From: Christensenellales bacterium
GTDB lineage: Bacteria; Bacillota; Clostridia; Christensenellales; Aristaeellaceae
NCBI GenBank assembly: GCA_045112195.1
Contig: JBGUHQ010000008.1
Location: forward strand, 14,285-78,284
Length of the DNA: 64,000 nt
Reading direction: 5' to 3'
The first letter of the stretch is position 1. Every line of letters begins with the position of its first letter. The notes under the pieces are model-generated. The model worked only from the letters and a program-made list of their open reading frames with translations, did not search any database and had not been told where the DNA came from. Of this stretch, positions 17,681 through 26,318 are shown piece after piece. Both the position numbers and the translations under genes were made by a program.

Positions 17681-18147
17681 TCGACTCCAGCCTCTGCTAT
17701 CTGTACCGCGGCGGCGACGTCCTGATGATGCACCGGACGCGGAAAAAGAACGACATGAACCACGACAAGTGGATCGCTGTCGGCGGCCGCTTTGAGGCGG
17801 GAGAAAGCCCGGAGGAATGTGCCCTTCGCGAGGTGAAGGAGGAAACCGGGCTGACCATGCTGGATCCGTGCTACCGCGGCGTAGTCACGTTCATCAATGA
17901 CCAGTACGAAACGGAACGGATGCACCTGTTCACCTGCGAAAAGTGGAGCGGGGAAATGACCGACTGCGACGAGGGTGAACTGGTCTGGCTGCCGAAGGAA
18001 CAGATGAACGAACTGCCCATGTGGGAAGGGGACCGGATCTTCCACCGGCTGCTGGACGAAGGCATTCCGTTCTTTGGGCTGGAACTGGTCTACAGCGGGG
18101 AGAAACTGCTGTCAGCCGTACTAAATGGTAAACGATTGCACATTTAA
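17677..18147 (+). CDS. Nudix hydrolase (MutT-like)
   Basis: Nudix box GGRFEAGESPEECALREVKEETGL. GTG start overlaps the upstream TGA (GTGA). Confidence 0.8.
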   Translation: MIDSSLCYLYRGGDVLMMHRTRKKNDMNHDKWIAVGGRFEAGESPEECALREVKEETGLTMLDPCYRGVVTFINDQYETERMHLFTCEKWSGEMTDCDEGELVWLPKEQMNELPMWEGDRIFHRLLDEGIPFFGLELVYSGEKLLSAVLNGKRLHI

Positions 18148-18183
18148 GACAAATCGCCGGTGAAAATCGCTGAAACGCTTGAC

Positions 18184-18223
18184 AAACAACGCGCTGTGAT
18201 GTTTAATATGCGCGTTGTTTTTT
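18184..18223 (+). terminator. intrinsic terminator after Nudix gene
   Basis: AAACAACGCGC-15 nt-GCGCGTTGTTT-TTT. Confidence 0.55.
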
Positions 18224-18268
18224 GATGTTCGGGCAGGGGCGGGCGCCCTTGCGGGGAGGCAGTCTGAA

Positions 18269-19579
18269 GTGGATCTGTTCAGGGTTATTCTGGAAATCAT
18301 CGCGGGTGTATGCGGTTTTTTCCTGACCTTTATCATGGTATATCAGATCATCATCGGTTTCTTCGGCTTCGGAAAAGCGAAAAAGGATTATCAGGATCAC
18401 GACCCGCAGTCGCGTTTCCTGGTGCTGGTCCCGGCCCATAACGAGGAAAAGGTGATCGGGGACATTATCCGGAACCTGGACGCGATGGATTATCCCCGGG
18501 AACTGTATGATTACTACATCATCGCCGACAACTGCACGGACAGCACGGCGGAGACGGCCCGGAGCCTCGGCGCGAAGGTGATTGAGACGCGGAAGGAATC
18601 CCCGGACGCGCCTACCGGCAAACCGATCGCGCTGAAAAAGGCGCTTCAGGCCGTGGGCGACTACCAGAACCGCTATGATCTGATGATGATCTTCGACGCG
18701 GATAACCTGATGGACACCAACATGTTCCGCGAAGTGAACAGCCAGTACCTGGACAAGGGAAAGCCGGATTTCATCCAGTGCTATCTCGGCGCGAAGAACA
18801 AGACGGGCGTTGTGGCCTGGTTCTACTACACGGGTTATACGCTGACCAACCGGTTCTTCGATCTGGCGAAATACCGTCTCGGCCTGAACTGCGCCATCGG
18901 CGGAACGGGTTTTGCGATGACGACCTCCTACCTGTACCGGCGGGGCGGCTGGACCACGATGTCCCTGACAGAGGACTTCGAGATCCAGGTGGAAGCCACG
19001 CTGGAGGGCCGCCGGATCCTGTGGAACCATCATACCCGGGTATACGACGAAAAGCCCACTTCGCTCCTTGCCTCCATCCGGCAGAAGATTCGCTGGGGGC
19101 AGGGCCACTGGTACGTGGCGCTGCACAATACCGGCAAGCTTTTCCGCGCGCTGGCGGCAGGCCGCATCGGCTTCGGGGAGTTCCTGAGCCTGCTGACCTA
19201 TATGTACAGCATCGCGGCCTATGTGGTCGCGGCGGCGCAGCTGGTGGTTTCAACCGCCCTGTGCCTGATTGTTCCCGGAAGGCCGTTCTTCGATATGTCG
19301 TTGAGCAGCCTGCTGACGGGCGGCCTGATCTTCGGTTACAGCTACCTGTTCCTGTTCTATTTCGCGGACTGGGTAGACAACCACATCCGCTTCGATTTCC
19401 ACACGATCCCGGTCATGGTCGGCGGCTTCTTCGCCAACCTGATCGTCGGCTTCTTCAATGAGATCGTCGGCCTGATCCGCTGCAAGGACCAGCAGCACTG
19501 GGTTAAGACGGAACACGCCATCGGTGCTGAGGCGGCGCAGGAAAACCAGTCTGCCCAGCTGCGCCGTAAGGCTGCCTGA
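18269..19579 (+). CDS. membrane glycosyltransferase family 2 (processive synthase-like)
   Basis: Motifs LVPAHNEE, DADN and QxxRW (QKIRWGQGHW), with flanking TM helices. Start set at GTG 18269 with GGGGAGG 9 nt upstream. The ORF is open from 18215 and an ATG alternative lies at 18335. Confidence 0.75.
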   Translation: MDLFRVILEIIAGVCGFFLTFIMVYQIIIGFFGFGKAKKDYQDHDPQSRFLVLVPAHNEEKVIGDIIRNLDAMDYPRELYDYYIIADNCTDSTAETARSLGAKVIETRKESPDAPTGKPIALKKALQAVGDYQNRYDLMMIFDADNLMDTNMFREVNSQYLDKGKPDFIQCYLGAKNKTGVVAWFYYTGYTLTNRFFDLAKYRLGLNCAIGGTGFAMTTSYLYRRGGWTTMSLTEDFEIQVEATLEGRRILWNHHTRVYDEKPTSLLASIRQKIRWGQGHWYVALHNTGKLFRALAAGRIGFGEFLSLLTYMYSIAAYVVAAAQLVVSTALCLIVPGRPFFDMSLSSLLTGGLIFGYSYLFLFYFADWVDNHIRFDFHTIPVMVGGFFANLIVGFFNEIVGLIRCKDQQHWVKTEHAIGAEAAQENQSAQLRRKAA

Positions 19580-19592
19580 GCATACAGATACA

Positions 19593-19621
19593 AGCTCTGC
19601 GAAAGCAGGGCTTTTCTTTTT
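19593..19621 (+). terminator. intrinsic terminator of GT2 gene
   Basis: AGCTCTGC-gaaa-GCAGGGCT-TTTCTTTTT. Confidence 0.5.
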
Positions 19622-19626
19622 CCCGA

Positions 19627-19658
19627 GAAAAAAGAGACTGCCGCGCGGGCAGCCTCTG
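19627..19658 (-). terminator. intrinsic terminator of pyrH
   Basis: Minus strand: AGAGGCTGCC-cgcg-CGGCAGTCTCT-TTTTTC. Confidence 0.5.
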
Positions 19659-19671
19659 TGGCATACTGGGT

Positions 19672-20382
19672 TCAGGGATGGACGAAGGTGCCGATGTCGC
19701 TGCCTTCGAGTACGCGGATCAGGTTGTCCGGATCGTCCAGGCCGAAGACCCGAACCATGGGGACCTTGTTTTCCGCACACAGGGCGAAGGCGGAAGCGTC
19801 CATGACCTTCAGGCCTTTTTCAAGCGCCTCGGTGTAGGTGATGTCCTTAATCAGGGTGGCGGAAGGATCCTTTTTCGGATCAGCTGTGTAAACGCCGTCG
19901 ATGTTCTTGGCCATCAGGATCGCGTCCACCTCCATCTCGACGGCGCGCAGGGCGACACCGGAGTCCGTGGAGAAGAAGGGATTGCCCGTACCGCAGGCAA
20001 AGAGCACCACGCGGCCTTCCGCCAGGTGGCGGCGGGCGGCCATGGCGTTGAACGGTTCGGCAAAGCGGTTCATATCCACCGCGGACTGCACCACGGCATC
20101 CATCCCGGCTTTGCGCAGGGCGTCCGCCACGCACAGGCAGTTGATCACGGTACCGAGCATGCCCATCTGGTCCGCGGTGACCGCGTCCATGTTCGCGGCG
20201 GGGCCCTGGCGGCCGCGCCAGATATTGCCCGCGCCAATTACAATGCCGATCTGCACGTTCATGTCATGCATCCGGCGGATGACGGCCGCAATCTGGTTTA
20301 CCTTGTCAAAATCAAACAGGTCGTTTCCGGATTTGAGCGCTTCGCCGCTCAGTTTTAACAGGATCCGGCGGTATACAGCCAT
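19672..20382 (-). CDS. pyrH: UMP kinase
   Basis: YRRILLKLSGEAL..., 236 aa, amino-acid-kinase fold. RBS AAGGAGG. Confidence 0.95.
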   Translation of the reverse strand: MAVYRRILLKLSGEALKSGNDLFDFDKVNQIAAVIRRMHDMNVQIGIVIGAGNIWRGRQGPAANMDAVTADQMGMLGTVINCLCVADALRKAGMDAVVQSAVDMNRFAEPFNAMAARRHLAEGRVVLFACGTGNPFFSTDSGVALRAVEMEVDAILMAKNIDGVYTADPKKDPSATLIKDITYTEALEKGLKVMDASAFALCAENKVPMVRVFGLDDPDNLIRVLEGSDIGTFVHP

Positions 20383-20519
20383 ATTGTCCTCCTTGCGTCG
20401 GTCGACTTTTTATTCAGTATACCACGATTCGGCCGGCGGAACAATTGCGGTTTTTGACCGCCTGTGGTAGGATTATTTTCCGTGCGAAGGAGAAAACGGC
20501 GGAAAAGGAGGGAAAGCGG

Positions 20520-22643
20520 ATGAGCTTCACGGAAGCGCTTTATACGCTGGCCGTCAGGCCGGCAGCCCTGTTTTTTGACGCCGGCCGGGCGCTGCTGAAC
20601 CGTCTTTCCCTGAACGACGGAATGGCCACGGCAGTGATGATCCTCCTCCTCTGCCTGACGGCGCTGCCGCTGATCCTGCGGCTGGCGAAGCATGGCTTCC
20701 GGCCGGCAGAGCTGAACGTGAAACAGCGGAAAACAGACCGGAACAACCGGATCCTGCTGATCCTCTGCTGCCTGTATATGGCCATCCTGACCGGGGTGTT
20801 CATTCCTTCGGCCGTGATCAGCGCATCCCCGGCGGAGTTTGTGGACGCCCATTATTATCAGGATCCGGGACGGTACCTGGCACATTCAGCGGCGCTGGGC
20901 GCCGGGACGTACCTGCTGTGGTGGCTCGGCTACGGACTGCTGCTGACCCCGAAAGCCCGGAAACGGTACACCGTCTTCGCGGCGATTGTTACGGCGGTTT
21001 CAGCCGTGGACTATATGTTCTTCGGCAAGGATTACGGATTCATCTCTTCCGCCCTGCAATATGAGGCCGGGATCTCCAACCAGGTAGGGAAGGTGCTGCT
21101 GAACACAGCCTGCGTGCTGCTGACGGCGGGCGCCGTGTGGTTCCTGACGCGGAAAAAGCGCGCCTTGATTCTCCGTATCCTCTGCCTGTACGGCTGCGCC
21201 GCACTGGCGGTGATGTCCGTGATGAACATCGTCTCCCTGGAGAACAAGGCGGGCGAGGTCCGGGATATCACGGACCGGATCAAGGCGGAGGACGCCTCTT
21301 TCCGGCTGGACCGGAAGGGCCGGAACGTTGTTGTGATCATGCTGGACCGCGCGGTGGGCGCGTTCGTTCCCTATATCATGAACGAGAAGCCGGAACTGCT
21401 GGAGCAGTTTGACGGGTTCACCTGGTATCCGAACACGCTTTCCTACGGTTACCACACCAACATCGCCGCGCCGGCACTGTTCGGCGGATACGAATACACG
21501 CCGGACGGCATGGAACAGCGGGACGGGCTGACCCTGAAGGACAAGCACAACGAAGCGCTGAAGATCATGCCTCAAAATTTCCTGGACGCCGGGTATGAGG
21601 TGACCGTGTGCGACGCGCCCTACGCCAATTACCAGTGGATCCCGGATCTGAGCATTTACAACGATATGCCGGAGGTCCGCGCCTACAACACCATCGGCAT
21701 GTTTGACGAATACAAGGTGCAGATGCTGGAGAACCTGGACCGCAACCGCAACCGGAACCTGTTTTTCTACAGTCTGTTCCGCTCCGCGCCGCTGGCGCTG
21801 CAGGAAACGCTGTACGACGATGGCCGCTGGCTGGAACCGGACGCGGAAAAAGACAACAGCGAGGGATCCGAACTGATCGGCGTATCGCCGGACTTCCTGA
21901 ATTCCTATATGGTAATGAAAAACCTGGGTACGCTGACACGGGTGACAGAGGACGGCACCGATACCTTCCTGATGCTGACAAACGAGATGACGCACGACGT
22001 CATTGAACTGCAGGAACCGGACTATACCCCGGGCAACCGGATTGACAATACCGCGTATGAAACGGAGCACGGGATCCGCCGGACGGCGGAGGGCCGGGAA
22101 CTGAACCTGGCGGAAGGGACTGATCAGCTGCGGATCCACTACCAGTCAAACATGGCGGCCTTCCTCCAGCTGGGCAGATGGTTCGAGGAGCTGAAGGCCC
22201 AGGGCGTATGGGACAATACCCGGATCATCGTGGTTTCCGATCACGGCTGCTATCTGGGGCTGACCGGCGTGGATCTGTCCGAAAGGATCACGGACAAGGG
22301 GCTGTTGTCCCGCTACCTGTCAGAGGAATGGACGGACACCACCTGCTTCAATCCCCTGCTGCTGGTGAAGGATTTCGGCGCGACGGGGTTCACGACCGAT
22401 AAAACCTTCATGACGAACGCGGAGACGCCCGGCCTTGCCTTTGACAGAACGGTTGAACACCCGGTCAATCCGTATACCGGGAACCCGGTAACACGGGAGG
22501 CCGGAAAGGACGGGGAGCATCATATCGTGGAATCAGACTGGCATATCGTGACCAACTGCGGAAACAGTTTTTCCGATCCGCTCCGGATTACTTTCCGGGG
22601 AACGGACGTTTTTGATCCGGAGAACTGGAGCGTTGAAGAATAA
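20520..22643 (+). CDS. polytopic membrane protein with extracytoplasmic sulfatase/LTA-synthase-like (alkaline phosphatase superfamily) domain
   Basis: N-terminal multi-TM region, then VVVIMLDRA...IVVSDHG. Start ATG 20520 after AAGGAGGG. Confidence 0.6.
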   Translation: MSFTEALYTLAVRPAALFFDAGRALLNRLSLNDGMATAVMILLLCLTALPLILRLAKHGFRPAELNVKQRKTDRNNRILLILCCLYMAILTGVFIPSAVISASPAEFVDAHYYQDPGRYLAHSAALGAGTYLLWWLGYGLLLTPKARKRYTVFAAIVTAVSAVDYMFFGKDYGFISSALQYEAGISNQVGKVLLNTACVLLTAGAVWFLTRKKRALILRILCLYGCAALAVMSVMNIVSLENKAGEVRDITDRIKAEDASFRLDRKGRNVVVIMLDRAVGAFVPYIMNEKPELLEQFDGFTWYPNTLSYGYHTNIAAPALFGGYEYTPDGMEQRDGLTLKDKHNEALKIMPQNFLDAGYEVTVCDAPYANYQWIPDLSIYNDMPEVRAYNTIGMFDEYKVQMLENLDRNRNRNLFFYSLFRSAPLALQETLYDDGRWLEPDAEKDNSEGSELIGVSPDFLNSYMVMKNLGTLTRVTEDGTDTFLMLTNEMTHDVIELQEPDYTPGNRIDNTAYETEHGIRRTAEGRELNLAEGTDQLRIHYQSNMAAFLQLGRWFEELKAQGVWDNTRIIVVSDHGCYLGLTGVDLSERITDKGLLSRYLSEEWTDTTCFNPLLLVKDFGATGFTTDKTFMTNAETPGLAFDRTVEHPVNPYTGNPVTREAGKDGEHHIVESDWHIVTNCGNSFSDPLRITFRGTDVFDPENWSVEE

Positions 22644-22660
22644 TTCATCATTCAGAATTA
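22642..22660 (+). repeat. heptamer array, short copy (AATTCAT CATTCAG AATTA)
   Basis: Overlaps the TAA stop (22641-22643) of the upstream gene. Confidence 0.55.
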
Positions 22661-22681
22661 ATGGATAAGGACCTCAAATCC

Positions 22682-22709
22682 TTGACAATACAAGCCTTTC
22701 GGATATAAA
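22682..22709 (+). promoter_or_regulatory. candidate promoter of prfC-typA
   Basis: TTGACA-16 nt-TATAAA. Confidence 0.4.
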
Positions 22710-22785
22710 ATACAGTGTTTTGTGCCGCGCGGCCGGACGGGCCGCGCAGGCGCCGCTTTGATCAGCTTTCAGGGGAGGGAATGAC

Positions 22786-24402
22786 ATGCTGCCGGAGAGA
22801 GATACCCAGGCATTCCGGACGCTTCTGCACGAAGAGGTGGAGAAGCGGCGCACGTTTGCCATCATTTCCCATCCTGACGCCGGAAAGACCACGCTGACCG
22901 AGAAACTGCTGCTCTACGGCGGCGCGATCCGCAGCGCCGGCAGCGTCAAGGCCCGGAAGACCGACAAACACGCAACCTCCGACTGGATGGAGATTGAAAA
23001 ACAGCGCGGCATCTCCGTGACGAGTTCCGCGATGCAGTTTGTTTACGACGGGTACCGGATCAACATCCTGGACACCCCCGGACACCAGGACTTCTCGGAG
23101 GATACCTACCGGGTGCTGGTGGCGGCGGACGCCGCGGTCATGCTGCTGGACGCCGCGAAGGGCGTCGAAGCTCAGACGATCAAGCTGTTCAAGGTCTGCC
23201 GGATGCGGAACATCCCGATCTTCACGTTTGTCAACAAAATGGACCGGGCAGCCAAGGATCCTTTCGCCCTGATGGAGGAACTGGAGCAGGTGCTGGGGAT
23301 CCGCTCGTGCCCGATCAACTGGCCCATCGGCGTGGACGGGGATTTCCAGGGCGTTTACCACCGGGATACCCGGACGGTGGAACTGTATACCGGCGGGGAC
23401 CACGGCAAAAAGATGGTTGAAAAGACCGATATCGGAATCGACGATCCGGCGCTGGAAAAAGTGCTGGACAAGCACTACCGGGACCGCCTTGCTGAGGAAA
23501 TCGAGCTCCTGGACGAAGCGGGGGACGCCTTTGACCTGGACAAGGTCCGGGCGGGCGAACTGACGCCCATGTTCTTCGGCTCCGCGGTAACCAACTTCGG
23601 CGTGGAACCGTTCCTGGACCGTTTTCTGTCCTTCACGCCGCCGCCCCTGCCCCGGGAGAGCGACGCGGGACTGATTACGCCTGAGGAACCTTATTTCTCC
23701 GGCTTTATCTTCAAGATCCAGGCCAACATGAACCCGGCCCACCGGGACCGGCTCGCTTTTATGCGGATCGTGTCCGGCGCGTTTGAAAAGGGTATGGAGG
23801 TCTGGCATTCCGGTACCAACAAACCTGTGGCGCTCAAGCAGCCGCAGCAGTTCATGGCGGACGAGCGCGAAGCGGTGGAGGAAGCCTGGGCCGGCGATAT
23901 CATCGGCCTGTTCGACCCCGGGATATACCGGCTGGGCGACACGCTTTCCACCGGACCGAAGATCCATTACGCCAACATTCCCGTGTTCGCGCCGGAATTC
24001 TTCAACCGGGTACGTCCGCTGGACAGCATGAAGCGCAAGCAGTTCCAGAAAGGCATCAGCCAGCTGGCCGAAGAAGGCGCGATCCAGACCTTCACCCGCA
24101 CCGAGACGGGCATGGAGGAATTCATGGTCGGCGTGGTCGGCGTACTGCAGTTTGAAGTGCTGGAACACCGCCTGCGCACCGAGTACCAGACGGAGATCGT
24201 GATGGAGGGCATGCCCTTCCGCTACGTCCGGTGGGTCATCAAGACTCCGAAGCCGGTGGAGGACCTGAAACTGACGTCCACCTCCGGACGGGCGAAGGAC
24301 AGCCACGGACGGGATGTGCTGCTGTTTGAGAACGAATGGAGTATCCGCCTGGCGTGTGAGAACAACGAAGGCTTAGAGCTTAAGGAGACCGCGGAGAGAT
24401 AA
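22786..24402 (+). CDS. prfC: peptide chain release factor 3
   Basis: RRTFAIISHPDAGKTTLTEKLLLYGGAI, DTPGHQDF and NKMD. 538 aa. Confidence 0.95.
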   Translation: MLPERDTQAFRTLLHEEVEKRRTFAIISHPDAGKTTLTEKLLLYGGAIRSAGSVKARKTDKHATSDWMEIEKQRGISVTSSAMQFVYDGYRINILDTPGHQDFSEDTYRVLVAADAAVMLLDAAKGVEAQTIKLFKVCRMRNIPIFTFVNKMDRAAKDPFALMEELEQVLGIRSCPINWPIGVDGDFQGVYHRDTRTVELYTGGDHGKKMVEKTDIGIDDPALEKVLDKHYRDRLAEEIELLDEAGDAFDLDKVRAGELTPMFFGSAVTNFGVEPFLDRFLSFTPPPLPRESDAGLITPEEPYFSGFIFKIQANMNPAHRDRLAFMRIVSGAFEKGMEVWHSGTNKPVALKQPQQFMADEREAVEEAWAGDIIGLFDPGIYRLGDTLSTGPKIHYANIPVFAPEFFNRVRPLDSMKRKQFQKGISQLAEEGAIQTFTRTETGMEEFMVGVVGVLQFEVLEHRLRTEYQTEIVMEGMPFRYVRWVIKTPKPVEDLKLTSTSGRAKDSHGRDVLLFENEWSIRLACENNEGLELKETAER

Positions 24403-24403
24403 T

Positions 24404-26230
24404 ATGATTCGTGAAGATATCAGAAATATAGCAATTATCGCGCATGTTGACCACGGCAAGACAACGCTGGTGGACCAGATGCTGAAGCAGGGCGGCGTAT
24501 ACCGCGAGAACCAGCAGACCGTGGACCGCGTCATGGATTCCAACGACCTGGAGCGGGAACGCGGCATCACCATCCTGAGCAAGAACACCGCAGTGCACTA
24601 CCTCGGACACAAGATCAACATCGTGGATACGCCCGGGCACGCCGACTTCGGCGGCGAGGTGGAACGCGTGCTGAAGATGGTGGACGGCGTGCTGCTGCTC
24701 ATCGACAGCTTTGAAGGACCGATGCCCCAGACCCGATTCGTGCTGAAGAAGGCGCTGGAACTGAAACTGAAGGTCCTGATCGTGATCAACAAGGTGGACC
24801 GCCCGGACGCCCGCTGTGAGGAGGTCGTCAACGAGATCCTGGATCTGCTGATCGACCTGGAGGCGGACGAAAGCACCATCGAGAACCCGATCCTTTATGT
24901 TTCCGCCCGGAAGGGTACGGCGACGCTGGACCTGAACGAGCCCGGCACGGATCTCCGGCCGCTGTTTGACGCGATCCTGAAGTACATTCCCGCCCCGGAA
25001 GGCGACGCGGAAGGACCGGCACAGGTGCTGATCTCCACCATCGACTACAGCGAATATGTGGGCCGCATCGGCGTGGGCCGCATTGTCCGCGGGAAGTTTA
25101 CCGAGGGCATGAACGTGGTGCATACCAACCTGGAAACCGGTGTGACCAGCCCGGTATGGCGCCTGGGCGGCCTGTTCCAGTATGACGGCCTGAAGCGGGT
25201 GAATGCCTCCGAAGTGAGCATGGGAGATATCGTCGCGCTCTACGGCGCGGAGGATATCTCCATCGGCGACACGGTCTGTGATCCGGCGCAGGTTGAAGGC
25301 CTGCCCTTCGTGAAGATCTCCGAGCCGACGGTGACGATGACCTTCTCCGTGAACGACAGCCCCTTTGCCGGCCGGGAAGGCCAGTTTGTAACCAGCCGCC
25401 ATCTGCGGGCCCGCCTGATGAAGGAGCTGCAGACGGACGTTTCCCTGCGGGTAAACGATACCGAGAGTACCGATTCCTTTGAGGTGTGCGGCCGTGGCGA
25501 ACTGCATCTCTCGATCCTGATTGAGAATATGCGCCGCCAGGGTTATGAGTTCGCGGTCAGCAAGCCGCGGGTCATCTATAAGGAGATCGACGGCGTCAGG
25601 TGCGAGCCGGTGGAACGGCTGATCGTGGATACGCCGCAGGCGTCCGCGGGCGCGGTAATCGAAAAGATCGGCCGGCGGCGCGGCACCCTGGAGCATATGA
25701 GCGGCATCGACCGGGTTCGACTGGAGTTCCTGGTGCCTTCCCGGGGCCTGTTCGGCTACCGGAGCGAGTTCATGACGGACACCCGGGGCGAAGGCATTAT
25801 GTCCTCCGTCTTTGAACGCTACGAGCCCGTAAAGGGCGATATCCCACACCGGAATGCCGGCGCACTGATCTGCTTCGAGACAGGCGTTTCCACAAGCTAC
25901 GGCCTGTTCTATACCCAGGAACGCGGCACGCTGTTCATCGGCGCTGGCGAGAACGTCTACGCCGGCCAGATCTGCGGCCAGAACGCCCGGCCGGGCGACC
26001 TGGTGGTGAACGTCTGCAAGGCGAAGCATGTGACCAACATGCGCAATGCGTCCGCTTCCGAAGACGCCATGCGCCTGATCTCCGTCCATCCGCTGACGCT
26101 GGAGGAATGCCTGGAATTCATCGACGACGATGAACTGCTGGAGATTACCCCGAAGAACCTGCGGATGCGGAAACGCCAGCTGGACCATTCTCTGCGGGCA
26201 AAGGCGCGCAGCAAAGGCGAAGAAGCCTGA
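24404..26230 (+). CDS. typA: translational GTPase TypA/BipA
   Basis: [27 protein letters not shown] and NKVD. 608 aa. Confidence 0.95.
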   Translation: MIREDIRNIAIIAHVDHGKTTLVDQMLKQGGVYRENQQTVDRVMDSNDLERERGITILSKNTAVHYLGHKINIVDTPGHADFGGEVERVLKMVDGVLLLIDSFEGPMPQTRFVLKKALELKLKVLIVINKVDRPDARCEEVVNEILDLLIDLEADESTIENPILYVSARKGTATLDLNEPGTDLRPLFDAILKYIPAPEGDAEGPAQVLISTIDYSEYVGRIGVGRIVRGKFTEGMNVVHTNLETGVTSPVWRLGGLFQYDGLKRVNASEVSMGDIVALYGAEDISIGDTVCDPAQVEGLPFVKISEPTVTMTFSVNDSPFAGREGQFVTSRHLRARLMKELQTDVSLRVNDTESTDSFEVCGRGELHLSILIENMRRQGYEFAVSKPRVIYKEIDGVRCEPVERLIVDTPQASAGAVIEKIGRRRGTLEHMSGIDRVRLEFLVPSRGLFGYRSEFMTDTRGEGIMSSVFERYEPVKGDIPHRNAGALICFETGVSTSYGLFYTQERGTLFIGAGENVYAGQICGQNARPGDLVVNVCKAKHVTNMRNASASEDAMRLISVHPLTLEECLEFIDDDELLEITPKNLRMRKRQLDHSLRAKARSKGEEA

Positions 26231-26244
26231 TACAGAACAATTGC

Positions 26245-26273
26245 CCCCGCTGAAGAACCGGCGGGGGTTTTGA
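26245..26273 (+). terminator. intrinsic terminator of typA
   Basis: CCCCCGC-tgaagaac-cGGCGGGGG-TTTT. Confidence 0.55.
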
Positions 26274-26306
26274 AAACCGCCGGCCTTAAAAGCCGGCGGC
26301 GTTTTG
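26274..26306. terminator. bidirectional terminator (serves the convergent PPIase gene)
   Basis: AAAA-CCGCCGGC-cttaaaa-GCCGGCGG-cgTTTT. Confidence 0.55.
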
Positions 26307-26318
26307 CTTCAGTTTTGC

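Noticed and set aside
18179-18207. TTGACA-17-TTTAAT promoter-like hexamers upstream of the GT2 gene.
   Set aside because: The same nucleotides form the 11-bp stem and T-tract terminator of the Nudix gene (18184-18223). The terminator reading is better supported, and a promoter here would give an essentially leaderless TTG start.
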